DNA from: Candidatus Poribacteria bacterium
GTDB taxonomy: Bacteria; Poribacteria; WGA-4E; UBA9662
DNA length: 58,844 nucleotides
Assembly: GCA_046582655.1 (NCBI GenBank)
Contig: JAYGDX010000255.1
Coordinates: 1-58,844, forward strand
Direction: 5' to 3'
A model generated the notes under the pieces. The model was given only the letters and a program-made list of their open reading frames with translations, was not told the origin of the DNA and did not search any database. Shown piece by piece: positions 19,447 through 29,725 of this stretch. Positions within the stretch are counted from its first letter, which is position 1. The number at the start of each line of letters is the position of its first letter. A program made the translations under genes and the position numbers.

Positions 19447-21702
19447 ATGGAAACGAGCTACTCATCTTTACCCAAACGTACCATCGCAGTTGGTGGTATG
19501 ACCTGTGCTGTTTGTGTTAACCGTGTTGAGAAGGCAATCCATGCAGTTGAAGGTGTGTCATCGGCTGTGGTTAATTATGGTACCGAACAAGCTACTATAG
19601 AATTTGACCCGTCAGTGGTTGAACTGGATACTGTCAAACAGGCTATCGTTGATGCCGGTTATACAACTATGGATCTGGCAGAGGTCCGCCAAGCACATCT
19701 TGAGGCGAAAGAAGCAGCTCATCGTCAGGAATTGAAAAACCTCTGGCGCAAAATCATGGCAGGTATTTTTGTCTCAGTGATTGCCATGTCGGCGATGTTT
19801 GTTGGAGGACAAACTCCAAGCGTGATTCGAATAAAATTGGTTGTCCTGTTACTGATTACAACTCCGATTCAATTTTGGGCTGGATGGCGGTTTCATCGAG
19901 GGGCTGTTGTTGCCTTACGGCACTTCTTTGCGGATATGAATGTGCTGATCAGTATCGGAACCTTTGCTGCCTACATTTATAGCTTAATAATAACAATCGT
20001 GGCGTTTTTTGTAGTTCAACCAGATTCAGTCAACTATTACGAAACCTCAGCCATGATTATCACCTTGATCTTAATTGGTAAATTTCTGGAGGAACGGGCA
20101 AAAGGCCAAACCTCTGAAGCCATTAAGAAACTGATTAGACTTCAGCCGATGACAGCTCAGTTAATTCGGGACGGGCAACTGGTTGAAGTTCAGATAGATC
20201 AAGTCGAAGTTGGGGATCAGATTATCGTCCGACCCGGTGAAGGTATCCCGATAGATGGGGTTATTGTTGAAGGCCAATCGAGTGTTGACGAATCAATGGT
20301 CACGGGTGAAAGCATGCAGGTTCAGAAGGAAATCGGTAGTCAAGTCATTGGAGGCACGATCAATGGAGCTGGTAGTTTCACCTTAGAGGTAACACGAGTG
20401 GGGTCTGACACGACATTGGCTCAGATTATTCAGCTTGTCGAAGAAGCACAGGGGTCTAAAGCCCCTATCCAAAAACTAGCAGATCGTATCGCAGGTATTT
20501 TTGTTCCGGTTGTCATCGGTATTGCGATGGTCACCTTCATTTCGTGGATGATGATCAGTCCTGATATCTCAATGGCACTCAGCAATTTTATCGCGGTGAT
20601 GATTATTGCCTGTCCCTGTTCACTAGGGTTGGCGACACCAACTGCTATTGTGGTTGCAACCGGACGTGGTGCCGAGTTGGGAATTCTCATCCGGGATGGT
20701 GAATCACTTGAACTCGCACATCAGATTGAAACAATTATCTTGGATAAAACGGGGACAATCACGGAGGGCAAACCCTCAGTTACCGATATTATTGCTGTAA
20801 ACGATTTTTCTGAGGATCAACTGCTGGTCATCAGTGCTTCAGTCGAGTCGAGATCTGAACATCCTCTAGGACAAGCAATCATAGCTGCCTGTCAGAAAAA
20901 AGGCTTAGTAGTTGATTTGGATGCTGTCAACAACTTTGAGGTCATTGTTGGTTTCGGCTTAATGGCAACTGTCGATGGTCAGACTGTTCATATTGGGAGT
21001 CGCCGGTGGATGGAAAAAAGCGGCATAAAAAATTTGCTTGGGCAGGATGTTGATAATGAAATTCGTTTTGCCAATCAGAACAAAACGATCGTCTGGGTTG
21101 CTATAGATCAAGCCTTGGCAGGCATTATAGCAATCGCTGATCCTATTAGACCAACGTCCAAAAGAGCAGTTGAAGCCCTGCAACGTTCCAATATTGAGGT
21201 GTACATGATGACAGGTGACAATCCGCTGACGGCAAAGTCGGTTGCTGAATCAGTGGGGATTGATCACTATATAGCTCAGGTATTGCCTGGAGAAAAGGAT
21301 ATGCAGGTTCAAATATTGCAACAGGAAGGGAAAGTTGTTGCGGTCGTTGGTGATGGCATTAATGATGCACCAGCTTTGGCTCGTGCTGACATCGGGATTG
21401 CTATTGGATCGGGAAGTGATGTAGCAATTGAAGCCGCAGATATTACTTTGGTAAATAGTGATTTGGCTGATGTTATATCCGCCCTTCGGTTGAGTCAAAA
21501 GACATTCCGTACTATTAAGTGGAATCTCTTTTGGGCATTTTTCTATAATGTTCTTGGAATACCAATCGCGGCTGGGCTGTTATTCCCTGTGTTAGGGGAA
21601 CGTTTTCTATTGAACCCGATGATTGCTGCCGCGGCTATGTCATTCAGTTCTGTCTTGGTGGTAACCAATTCTTTGAGGCTCAAAACAGCAAAATTGTCTT
21701 GA
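19447..21702 (+). CDS. copA: Cu(I)-translocating P1B-type ATPase
   Basis: [36 protein letters not shown] and MxxSS Cu(I) ligands. Start moved to ATG 19447 because the promoter overlaps the longer ORF. Confidence 0.93.
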   Translation: METSYSSLPKRTIAVGGMTCAVCVNRVEKAIHAVEGVSSAVVNYGTEQATIEFDPSVVELDTVKQAIVDAGYTTMDLAEVRQAHLEAKEAAHRQELKNLWRKIMAGIFVSVIAMSAMFVGGQTPSVIRIKLVVLLLITTPIQFWAGWRFHRGAVVALRHFFADMNVLISIGTFAAYIYSLIITIVAFFVVQPDSVNYYETSAMIITLILIGKFLEERAKGQTSEAIKKLIRLQPMTAQLIRDGQLVEVQIDQVEVGDQIIVRPGEGIPIDGVIVEGQSSVDESMVTGESMQVQKEIGSQVIGGTINGAGSFTLEVTRVGSDTTLAQIIQLVEEAQGSKAPIQKLADRIAGIFVPVVIGIAMVTFISWMMISPDISMALSNFIAVMIIACPCSLGLATPTAIVVATGRGAELGILIRDGESLELAHQIETIILDKTGTITEGKPSVTDIIAVNDFSEDQLLVISASVESRSEHPLGQAIIAACQKKGLVVDLDAVNNFEVIVGFGLMATVDGQTVHIGSRRWMEKSGIKNLLGQDVDNEIRFANQNKTIVWVAIDQALAGIIAIADPIRPTSKRAVEALQRSNIEVYMMTGDNPLTAKSVAESVGIDHYIAQVLPGEKDMQVQILQQEGKVVAVVGDGINDAPALARADIGIAIGSGSDVAIEAADITLVNSDLADVISALRLSQKTFRTIKWNLFWAFFYNVLGIPIAAGLLFPVLGERFLLNPMIAAAAMSFSSVLVVTNSLRLKTAKLS

Positions 21703-21720
21703 AGTAACTGAAGGTGATAG

Positions 21721-23121
21721 GTGAACGAAATAAAAGACTTTTCTCAGTTACAGCAGCGACATGTTATGCAGTCTTGGAGCACACAGGGGAACTACAAACC
21801 CATTCCGGTTCAGTCAACAGAAGGATGCTGGATTCATACCACAGACGGTAGAAAGATCTTTGACTTAAGAAGCGTTCATGAATGTATCAACATTGGCTTT
21901 CGACATCCAAGTTCTGCAAACTATGCGCGAGCAGATGGAAAAGGTTGTTTACCTGACTGATGATTTTTCAACGGAACCCACGGCCAAATTAGCTCAAAAA
22001 TTAGCAGAAATTTCACCTGGATCCATCAATAAGCGTGTTTGGTTTGCTCAAAGTGGGGCAGCGGCAGTTGAAGGTGCTATCAAGGGCGCAAGGCTATACA
22101 AGTACAATCAGGTAATGAAAGAGGGATTCGCGCCTGAAGCTGAGAATCAGTCCTATCCGTATCCATATAAAATTATTTCGCGTTACCGATCTTGGCATGG
22201 AGCTACTACCGCTGCCACGTCAGTCAGCGGAGATCCTAGGCGTTGGTTTCAGGAGCCGTTTGTTATGCCGGGCGTTTTTTTTGGGCCGGACTCTTATTGC
22301 TACCGATGCGCATTGGGGCTAGATCGTGACAATTGTGGTATTGCTTGCGCCAATTATATTGATCAAATGATCGAGTTTGAGGGTGGATCGGACAAGGTGG
22401 CAGCAGTGATTGTTGAACCGATAGTTGGGTCAAACGGTATTATCCCTCCGCCAGCCGAATAATTTACCCCTTCTTCGTCAGATCTGTGATAAGTGGGGAA
22501 TTCTGTTAATTGTTGACGAAACGATGACCGGATTTGGTCGGACTGGAGAGATGTTTGCTGTCAATCATTATGACGTTGTGCCGGATATTACTGTGGTCGG
22601 GAAAGCTCTGGGGGTCTACTGTCCGTTGACAGCAGTGATTTTCGGTGAAAAAGTTACTCGGATTTTTGATAAGAACCTTTTTGGTCATGGACAAAGCTAT
22701 TCCGGTCATGCGCTGGCATGTGCCGCTGCTCTCAGGAGTATAGAAGTGTTGGAGGAAGAGAATCTAATCCAGCGTTCCCAAGAACTAGGTGCGTATCTGG
22801 GCGAGCGATTGACCGAGATGGCGAAACGGCACAAATCGGTTGGTGATGTACGAGGTCTTGGTCTTTTTTTGGACAGTTGAACTGGTACAGAATCGACAGA
22901 CGAAGGAACCCTTTCGCCGTTTCACTGAGAAGTATAAAGGAACTGTTGTAACCAAGATTGCCCAATACCTGCTGGAGAAGCGAAGTATCTATATACCGAG
23001 CGATAAGTTCGGCATCTGGATCGTGCCACCGCTGGTTGTAACCAAGGAGGAAATTGATTTTCTATTGGAAGCTATTGATGATGCTTTGGTTATTGCTGAT
23101 CGAGAATCAACAGAATCCTGA
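21721..23121 (+). pseudogene. Class III PLP aminotransferase broken by three frameshifts
   Basis: Four consecutive fragments: EGCWIHTTDGRKIFD..NIGFRHP | SGAAAVEGAIK..SWHG..EPIVG | LIVDETMTGFGRTG..PDI..GK..GDVRGLG | PPLVVT. Breaks at ~21910, ~22461 and a T7 run at ~22864-22870. Confidence 0.9.
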
Positions 23122-23258
23122 AATCTGAAACTAATCTTGAGGGCGATCAATATGCGTCGAACATTTTATGATTATTTAGCTTTAGGCTTGATGGGTTGAT
23201 TTACCCGTGCTAGAATGCCGATGTTTTGATGACATTTAGGATTTAGGAGAATGATATT

Positions 23259-24221
23259 ATGGAAGACCTTCGCGTTGGATTTCTTGGGGCTGGAGGGTTC
23301 GCCACTCACACCATATATCCAGCTCTGCATTTTGCACCATTGGTACTGGAAGCGGTCTGTGATATGGACGGAGAAAAGGCCAATCGGAACGCTAGGAGGT
23401 TTGGTGGCGGTGCAAATGTCTATACCGATCGGTATCAGATGTACCAGAATGAGGATTTGGAAGCGATTATTATCTCCATGGGACCCGAGTCACGATTACC
23501 GCTCGTAATTGAAGCACTGGAGGCAGGTTATCATGTCTTTACACCCAAACCCCCGGCGGCTTCGCTTGAAACCACTATCGAATTGGCAGAAGCCGCCAAA
23601 GCTAATAATAAAAAGTTGATGATCAACTTCCAACGTCGCTTTAGTATAGGTGTTCGGTCAGCTAGAGAGATTATGGCTCAGGATTCATTTGGTCAGATCT
23701 CGCAAATCTTCTGTTCCTTCTGCAGCGGCGGCTATGGTACACCCCAAGTATATCTTCTTGACTTTGCTATCCATCACTTTGATCTTATCCGGCATATTGG
23801 TGGTGAAGTCAAAACGGTATCTACCTTTCACAACGAAATCGATGATCAAGGTAGTTTTGCTGTTTCAGTTGAGTTTGAAAGTGGCGCAGTGGGGACCATG
23901 CAACTAAATAGCCAGAGGCTCTGGGGACGAAATTATGATCGGATTGAGATCACTGGACAAGGTCAATATATTGTCTTAGATGGACTCTGGACAATTCAAC
24001 ACTATGCTGGAGAACAAAACACATTTACGGATAATTTTTCTGATCAGCGGAACGGAGAGTTGACTGGTGATGGTTTGAGCCTAACCGAATTTGTGCATGC
24101 TATTCGCGAAGATCGGGAACCGGTTGCAAGTATCGATGACTGTGTTGGTACCATGAGACTTTACGATGCGGTGCTCCAAACCCAACAAGGTGGTGCAACT
24201 ATAGTCTCTCTAGATCAATAA
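23259..24221 (+). CDS. Gfo/Idh/MocA family oxidoreductase
   Basis: RVGFLGAGGF, AVCD, HVFTPKP, NFQRRF, DFAIHHFD. Confidence 0.9.
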   Translation: MEDLRVGFLGAGGFATHTIYPALHFAPLVLEAVCDMDGEKANRNARRFGGGANVYTDRYQMYQNEDLEAIIISMGPESRLPLVIEALEAGYHVFTPKPPAASLETTIELAEAAKANNKKLMINFQRRFSIGVRSAREIMAQDSFGQISQIFCSFCSGGYGTPQVYLLDFAIHHFDLIRHIGGEVKTVSTFHNEIDDQGSFAVSVEFESGAVGTMQLNSQRLWGRNYDRIEITGQGQYIVLDGLWTIQHYAGEQNTFTDNFSDQRNGELTGDGLSLTEFVHAIREDREPVASIDDCVGTMRLYDAVLQTQQGGATIVSLDQ

Positions 24222-24233
24222 GGGGAAAAATTT

Positions 24234-25007
24234 ATGTCGGATATTCAGTTGAGACCTGAAAAGAAAGGAAACCTTCGTTTGAACCTCAGGTCGAGGGTTC
24301 AACCTTTTAAAGGCAGTAATGAATGGGAAGAGATCGTTGTGCAAAAAGAATTTCCAACGTCCAAGACCGCAATTTTACTTTGCGATATGTGGGACACTCA
24401 CTGGTGTTATGGCGCGGCACAGAGATGTGAGGTTCTTTGTATCAAGGCCAATCCGATTGTAGCAGAAGCCAGAAAAAATGGTGTGCAGATTATCCATGCG
24501 CCTTCTGACTGCATGGATTTCTATGATGATACTCCGCAACGCCAACGGATGATTGATGCTTCGCCAGCCGAAATGCCTGAACCGAAAGAATTGCCTGATC
24601 CGCCGTTACCCATCGATGACTCTGATGGTGGCTGCGACACTGAAAAGACACCAGGCTTTACTGGATGGACACGGCAACATGCAGCCATTAAAATTAGCAA
24701 CTACGATGGAGTTTCTGACAACGGTCAGGAAGTTTACAACCTGATGCAACAAATTGGAATCGAAAATTTGATTATTATGGGCGTCCATACCAACATGTGT
24801 GTGCTGGGTAGATCTTTCGCCATCAAGACCATGACCCGAATTGGAATTCACTGCGTGCTGGTTAGGGACCTAACTGATGCTATGTACAACCCGGAAAAGC
24901 ATCCCTACGTGACACACGATGAAGGAACGGAACAGGTGATCCAGCACATTGAAAAATACTGGTGCCCATCGACGCTAAGCCAAGACCTGACAAAAGTTTA
25001 TGACTGA
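24234..25007 (+). CDS. Isochorismatase/nicotinamidase-like cysteine hydrolase
   Basis: TAILLCDMW, IIHAPS, MGVHTNMCV, LVRDLTD. Confidence 0.85.
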   Translation: MSDIQLRPEKKGNLRLNLRSRVQPFKGSNEWEEIVVQKEFPTSKTAILLCDMWDTHWCYGAAQRCEVLCIKANPIVAEARKNGVQIIHAPSDCMDFYDDTPQRQRMIDASPAEMPEPKELPDPPLPIDDSDGGCDTEKTPGFTGWTRQHAAIKISNYDGVSDNGQEVYNLMQQIGIENLIIMGVHTNMCVLGRSFAIKTMTRIGIHCVLVRDLTDAMYNPEKHPYVTHDEGTEQVIQHIEKYWCPSTLSQDLTKVYD

Positions 25008-25190
25008 AGTCTCCCAACCAGCTGTTCTAACTTGACTGATACTTGGTGGAGGTTAAGTCCCCCAGCCAATCAATAGCGCCATAGTTGGGTTCTAGTTTTA
25101 TCAATAAAGGAAGGGCAAGATCGTTGATGAATGGGATGTAGCATGTCGGTTTACTTAAATAATTTATGTTAAACCTTAAAGAAACCTGAT

Positions 25191-26009
25191 TTAAGAGGAA
25201 TCTTGATCGGATTGCAGTTTTTCGAGCCGGTCAATGTAGCGATGGGCTGAGGAGAAAATCAGATCCAAAGTGCCAATATCCCTGTTCTCCAGCCCTGTCC
25301 TTGAAAAAACCCTCCTGACAGAACGCATCAGATATTTCCAATCTCCATTTCGAGGTTTTACGCCGACTCGTTCAACAAGTGTGAGTAAGCGTTGATAGAA
25401 TCTCTCAATTTCATCCATGTTGGTATTTTGTAATTCCACTGGTTCAATCTTGTTATCTAGACTTTCCAAAAAAATTTCGTAAACAAAAATTTGGACCGCT
25501 TGTGCTAGATTTAGGGATGGATTTTTCACAGCCATGGGAATGCTGGCAGTCAAGTGGCATCGACTTACATGCTCGGTTGATAATCCAAAATCTTCTCGCC
25601 CAAAGAGAATCGCTACTTGTTGATCCTGAGAAAATCTGGCAATTTCTTTAGCAGCGTCTCTAGCCGTTTTTGGTCGGGCCAATTTTTCTTTGCGTCGACG
25701 ATGTGTTGTGCCGACTAAAAACTGGATTCCTTTTAGAGCTGTATCAAGACATTCTACGATGTGACAGTTTCGGATTAGATCCGTGGCTCCGTGTGACATA
25801 TACCATGTTTCCCGACAATCGAGAAACGGTTTGGGATTGACCAAGTAGAGCTGTGATAACCCCATCCCTTTGATAGATCGGGCGACGGCTCCGATGTTAA
25901 GCGGCCCCTGTGGTTCAAACAAAATGACCCGAATATTATCTAGATTCGAAGGGATACTGACATCTATCGCCCGGTGATAATCCGCCGAATCAGACCCATT
26001 ATTTGTCAT
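25191..26009 (-). CDS. SPOUT RNA methyltransferase, TrmJ/TrmH family
   Basis: EPQGPLNIGAVAR, FGREDFGL, SLNLAQAV. Confidence 0.9.
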   Translation of the reverse strand: MTNNGSDSADYHRAIDVSIPSNLDNIRVILFEPQGPLNIGAVARSIKGMGLSQLYLVNPKPFLDCRETWYMSHGATDLIRNCHIVECLDTALKGIQFLVGTTHRRRKEKLARPKTARDAAKEIARFSQDQQVAILFGREDFGLSTEHVSRCHLTASIPMAVKNPSLNLAQAVQIFVYEIFLESLDNKIEPVELQNTNMDEIERFYQRLLTLVERVGVKPRNGDWKYLMRSVRRVFSRTGLENRDIGTLDLIFSSAHRYIDRLEKLQSDQDSS

Positions 26010-26016
26010 ATTCTAT

Positions 26017-26373
26017 CTATCTTTGTTGATATTGTTTCAATTGATTGATTAGATTGGATAATACTGGCAAATCTGGGTGATTTGGTTCAAGGTTCATAAC
26101 AATTTCTCCCTCAACGATGGCAGCGTCGATCATCCCGCTATTGTAGTATGCCCAGCCAAGTCCGGCGTGGGACATAACCGAATCTGGATCTGCTTCGACC
26201 GCCAGTTGAAATTGTTCAATCGCTTGCTGATAGCGTTTTTGTTGCAGAAAGATGTTTCCCTGATCTAGGTAAGAATAGGATAGTTGATAAGAAAGATTAG
26301 ATGGCTGGTTCTTCTGAATCGTTCCACATCCAAGCAGAACGATGAAAAGAGAAGAAACAATCAATTCGAACAT
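26017..26373 (-). CDS. Small TPR lipoprotein
   Basis: Lipobox LLGC after a hydrophobic stretch; TPR patterns GNIFLQQKRYQQAIEQFQLAVEADP and LGWAYYNSG. Start uncertain (ORF extends to 26424). Confidence 0.75.
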   Translation of the reverse strand: MFELIVSSLFIVLLGCGTIQKNQPSNLSYQLSYSYLDQGNIFLQQKRYQQAIEQFQLAVEADPDSVMSHAGLGWAYYNSGMIDAAIVEGEIVMNLEPNHPDLPVLSNLINQLKQYQQR

Positions 26374-26386
26374 TTGGTGATTTATG

Positions 26387-27286
26387 TTAAGGCGTGTATC
26401 CAAGGTCTTTAAGTTTCCTGTCACTTCGACGCCAATCCTTCTTAACTAGAACACGCAATTCAAGGAAGACAGGCGAATTCACAAATTCCTCGATTTCGAC
26501 ACGTGCCAGTTGTCCTATATGTTTAATCATCTCGCCTCGTTTGCCGACCAGAATCCCTCTCTGAGATTTCCGTTCAACATAGACAATTGCGCTAATAAAT
26601 ATCTTTCCGTTTTCTCGCTCTTTGAATTGCTCAATAACGACACTTGTTGAGTAGGGAATTTCTTTTGATGTCTCAAGGAAAATCTTTTCACGAATAGTTT
26701 CAGCCACAAAGAATCGCTCAGGTAAATCGCTTATCTGATCTTCCGGAAAATATTGTGGGCCTAATGGCAAGTAACCGACGACCAGTTCCTTTAATTCTAA
26801 GATTCCTTCACTCAGTTTGGCTGAAATAGGCATAATCTCAATGAATGGAAACTTTTGACTATATTTTTGAATGAGTGGTAGGAGTGAATCTTTTGGAATT
26901 AGATCAATTTTATTGATGACCAGAATCGTTCTAAGACCTATCTTGGAAATCCTTTCAAGGATTTGTAGTTCGATCTGGGTTTTGCGTTGGTTGACATCAA
27001 CAAGGTACAAAATGAGATCCGCATCTTCGGCGGCGGCATATGCTGTCTTCACCATCCAATCGTGTAGACGATATTTGGGATCTAGAATACCAGGTGTGTC
27101 GAGAAAGATGATCTGGTAGGTATCAGTTGTTACAACCCCACGAACTTGGTTTCTTGTGGTCTGGGGTTTGGGGGTAACAATAGCAATTTTCTCCCCCATT
27201 GTTGCGTTTAGGAATGTAGATTTTCCGACGTTCGGCTCACCGATGATGCTGACATAGCCGGACTTAAAATTTTCCTGTGCGTTCAT
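26387..27286 (-). CDS. era: GTPase Era
   Basis: GEPNVGKST, KPQTTR, DTPG, NKID, ISA, KH domain ILVGKRG. Confidence 0.97.
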   Translation of the reverse strand: MNAQENFKSGYVSIIGEPNVGKSTFLNATMGEKIAIVTPKPQTTRNQVRGVVTTDTYQIIFLDTPGILDPKYRLHDWMVKTAYAAAEDADLILYLVDVNQRKTQIELQILERISKIGLRTILVINKIDLIPKDSLLPLIQKYSQKFPFIEIMPISAKLSEGILELKELVVGYLPLGPQYFPEDQISDLPERFFVAETIREKIFLETSKEIPYSTSVVIEQFKERENGKIFISAIVYVERKSQRGILVGKRGEMIKHIGQLARVEIEEFVNSPVFLELRVLVKKDWRRSDRKLKDLGYTP

Positions 27287-27289
27287 CAG

Positions 27290-28339
27290 CTATAAGGGGA
27301 GATGAACGGTTTTGCCTGTCTTACTAGATTGGTAAATTGCCAAGATGATCTCAACTGCTTTTCTGCCTTCGCGTCCATCAACGAGATGAGGCGTATTATT
27401 TTCGATTGACTGGATAAGATTTGTCATCTGCCGGCAGTGATTATCATGATTAATTGCACGTGGGTCGGATGCGCCACCCCCACCCGATTTTCTTTCAGAG
27501 AATTGCTTTTTAATTTCGGCATCTTCTGGTTTTTCTTCTTCGAACTCCCATGTGATGATATCTTCCTCCTCCAAAACAATTGTTCCTTTTGTGCCGGAGA
27601 ATTCAAACTTTTTTAAAGAACCCGGATACACAGCCGTTGTGCCTTCGATGACGCCAAGTGCTCCATTTTCAAATCGCAAAGCAGCAACGGCAACATCTTC
27701 TACATCGATTCGCTCGTGTGCGAGAGTATCGGTAAAGGCCTGTACCGACCTGACAGGACCCATCACGTATTGCAGAAAATCGATTGCATGGATTGACTGA
27801 TTCATCATCGCTCCGCCGCCGTCGAGTTCCATAGTGCCGCGCCAGTCGCCGCTGTCGTAGTAATCCTGCGATCGATACCACTTAACATATGCGTCGCCAA
27901 GCGTTAGCTGTCCAAGTCTCCCACTAGAAACTGTATCTTTGACCAGTTGGCTAGCATCACTGAAACGAGAGTTGAATATGGTACATAACCGAACATTTGT
28001 CTTTTCGCAGGATTCAATAATAGTATCACACCGTTCTAACGTAATCTCAAGAGGTTTTTCAATAATCACATGCTTACCGGCTTCTGCGGCAGCGACAGCG
28101 GGCTCCATGTGTGCCCCACTCGGTGTACAAACACAAACAATGTCAATATCATCACGATTCAGCATCTCATTGTAATCCGAATGAGCCTGAATACCGTAAT
28201 AGTCAACCAGACGCTGTGAGTTCTCCGCCTTTCGCGAACTTACAGCAACGAGCTCACCGTTTTTGATATTTGCAATAGCTGCCGAATGGAAGTCGGAAAT
28301 CATCCCACAACCGATAATACCGAAACCGTAAGTTTTCAT
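27290..28339 (-). CDS. Gfo/Idh/MocA family oxidoreductase
   Basis: GIIGCGMI, EKP, WRGT..LDGGG..MNQSIH..D. Confidence 0.93.
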   Translation of the reverse strand: MKTYGFGIIGCGMISDFHSAAIANIKNGELVAVSSRKAENSQRLVDYYGIQAHSDYNEMLNRDDIDIVCVCTPSGAHMEPAVAAAEAGKHVIIEKPLEITLERCDTIIESCEKTNVRLCTIFNSRFSDASQLVKDTVSSGRLGQLTLGDAYVKWYRSQDYYDSGDWRGTMELDGGGAMMNQSIHAIDFLQYVMGPVRSVQAFTDTLAHERIDVEDVAVAALRFENGALGVIEGTTAVYPGSLKKFEFSGTKGTIVLEEEDIITWEFEEEKPEDAEIKKQFSERKSGGGGASDPRAINHDNHCRQMTNLIQSIENNTPHLVDGREGRKAVEIILAIYQSSKTGKTVHLPL

Positions 28340-28375
28340 AATTCCCTTTCATACATTTCTCGTACTCTAGTACCA

Positions 28376-28726
28376 TTAGCTAGCAAAAATGTAACCAAGG
28401 CAGAAACCTAAGCCAATGATTGTAGCAGCTGAAAGCGCGATAGCCACATAGAATTTCCAAGTTAACACGTTTGAGGTAGGCATCTCTATTGATTTCGAAG
28501 GTTGGGAGGGCGAGCTGATATCATGATTCCAATCTGTGCCTTGAACACTACTGCTAGCAGAATCTGAGTTGGTTTGTTTCTCGGTTAAAGGTTCTTGTGC
28601 TGTTCGCGAGGAAGATTGATTGGAACGAGGACGACGCACAGGACGTTCTCCATCCCACATTTCGCGTCTTTGATCTCGGATCTTTTCTTTCAGTATCTTT
28701 TTTTCGTCGTCGTTCAGTGACATCAA
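28376..28726 (-). CDS. Hypothetical protein with C-terminal transmembrane anchor
   Basis: Charged N-terminus, low-complexity linker, single C-terminal hydrophobic helix; co-oriented between argB and the oxidoreductase. Confidence 0.6.
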   Translation of the reverse strand: MMSLNDDEKKILKEKIRDQRREMWDGERPVRRPRSNQSSSRTAQEPLTEKQTNSDSASSSVQGTDWNHDISSPSQPSKSIEMPTSNVLTWKFYVAIALSAATIIGLGFCLGYIFAS

Positions 28727-28769
28727 CTACACCCTTACAAAAGCATTTTATCATACCCAGCTAGAATAC

Positions 28770-29654
28770 TCAACGCAAAATAATCTCCGTGCCGACCCCT
28801 GTCGATGTAAAGATCTCCAGCAAAATAGTGTGTGGAAGTCGTCCATCAATAATATGAGTTTTAATAACACCAGCCTTGAGAGCGGTAACACAAGCTTCTA
28901 CTTTTGGGAGCATTCCCGACTTAATCACATCATCTGCAACTAACTTGTCGATTTCATCTATTATTACAGTGGGTATTAATGTAGACTGATCGTCTAAATC
29001 ACGTATAATACCAAGTTGGTCTGTCAACAAAATGAGCTTTTCCGCTTTTAGCGCGGCTGCCATTTCACCCGCCACAGTATCAGCATTGATGTTATAAGTG
29101 GCACCGTTTTCACCGACACCGTTCGGGGCGACTACCGGAATATAATTTGCGTTCAGCAATGTGGTAATGACTTCTGGCTCTATGTGGGTTATCTCACCGA
29201 CATAACCCAGATTAACTGGGATTGGATTCCCTAATTCATCTGTGATCTCATGCTTTTTTGCTTGGATCATGTTTCCGTCCTTACCACATAAGCCCACCGC
29301 TTGGCCACCAAGTTGATTAATTAACTGTACAATCCCCTTATTAATTGAACCTGCCAATACCATCTCAGCAATTTCTACTGTTTCTTTATCTGTAACACGA
29401 AGTCCTTGAACGAATTCAGGTTCCTTGCCCATCCTTAGCATAACCTCGCTGATCTTCTTTCCTCCACCATGGACAATTACTGGCTTAATTCCAATGAATT
29501 TCATTAAAACGATGTCTTGAATCACACTCTGTTTCAATTGTTCGTTTTCCATCGCTGATCCGCCGTACTTAATTACCACAACTTTATCAGAGAATTGGCG
29601 GATGTAAGGCAGTGCTTCAATCAAAACATCGGCTTTTTTAATCAGTTCTTTCAT
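28770..29654 (-). CDS. argB: Acetylglutamate kinase
   Basis: LIEALPYI, KYGG, VHGGG, GLRVT, NINAD, GMLPKV, HIIDGR. Confidence 0.97.
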   Translation of the reverse strand: MKELIKKADVLIEALPYIRQFSDKVVVIKYGGSAMENEQLKQSVIQDIVLMKFIGIKPVIVHGGGKKISEVMLRMGKEPEFVQGLRVTDKETVEIAEMVLAGSINKGIVQLINQLGGQAVGLCGKDGNMIQAKKHEITDELGNPIPVNLGYVGEITHIEPEVITTLLNANYIPVVAPNGVGENGATYNINADTVAGEMAAALKAEKLILLTDQLGIIRDLDDQSTLIPTVIIDEIDKLVADDVIKSGMLPKVEACVTALKAGVIKTHIIDGRLPHTILLEIFTSTGVGTEIILR

Positions 29655-29688
29655 TATCTTGTCTGGAATTTGATGTTCTCCTGTTTGC

Positions 29689-29717
29689 TTGACGGCCCAA
29701 TAAAAAGTGGATATAAT
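29689..29717 (+). promoter_or_regulatory. Putative sigma70 promoter for iscS (near-leaderless)
   Basis: TTGACG-N17-TATAAT, 8 nt before ATG 29726, with no Shine-Dalgarno between. Confidence 0.65.
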
Positions 29718-29725
29718 CTTAAATT

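Noticed and set aside
21721..23121. Programmed frameshifting or stop readthrough in the aminotransferase
   Set aside because: Three independent indels, only one in a homopolymer; simple decay or error is more parsimonious.
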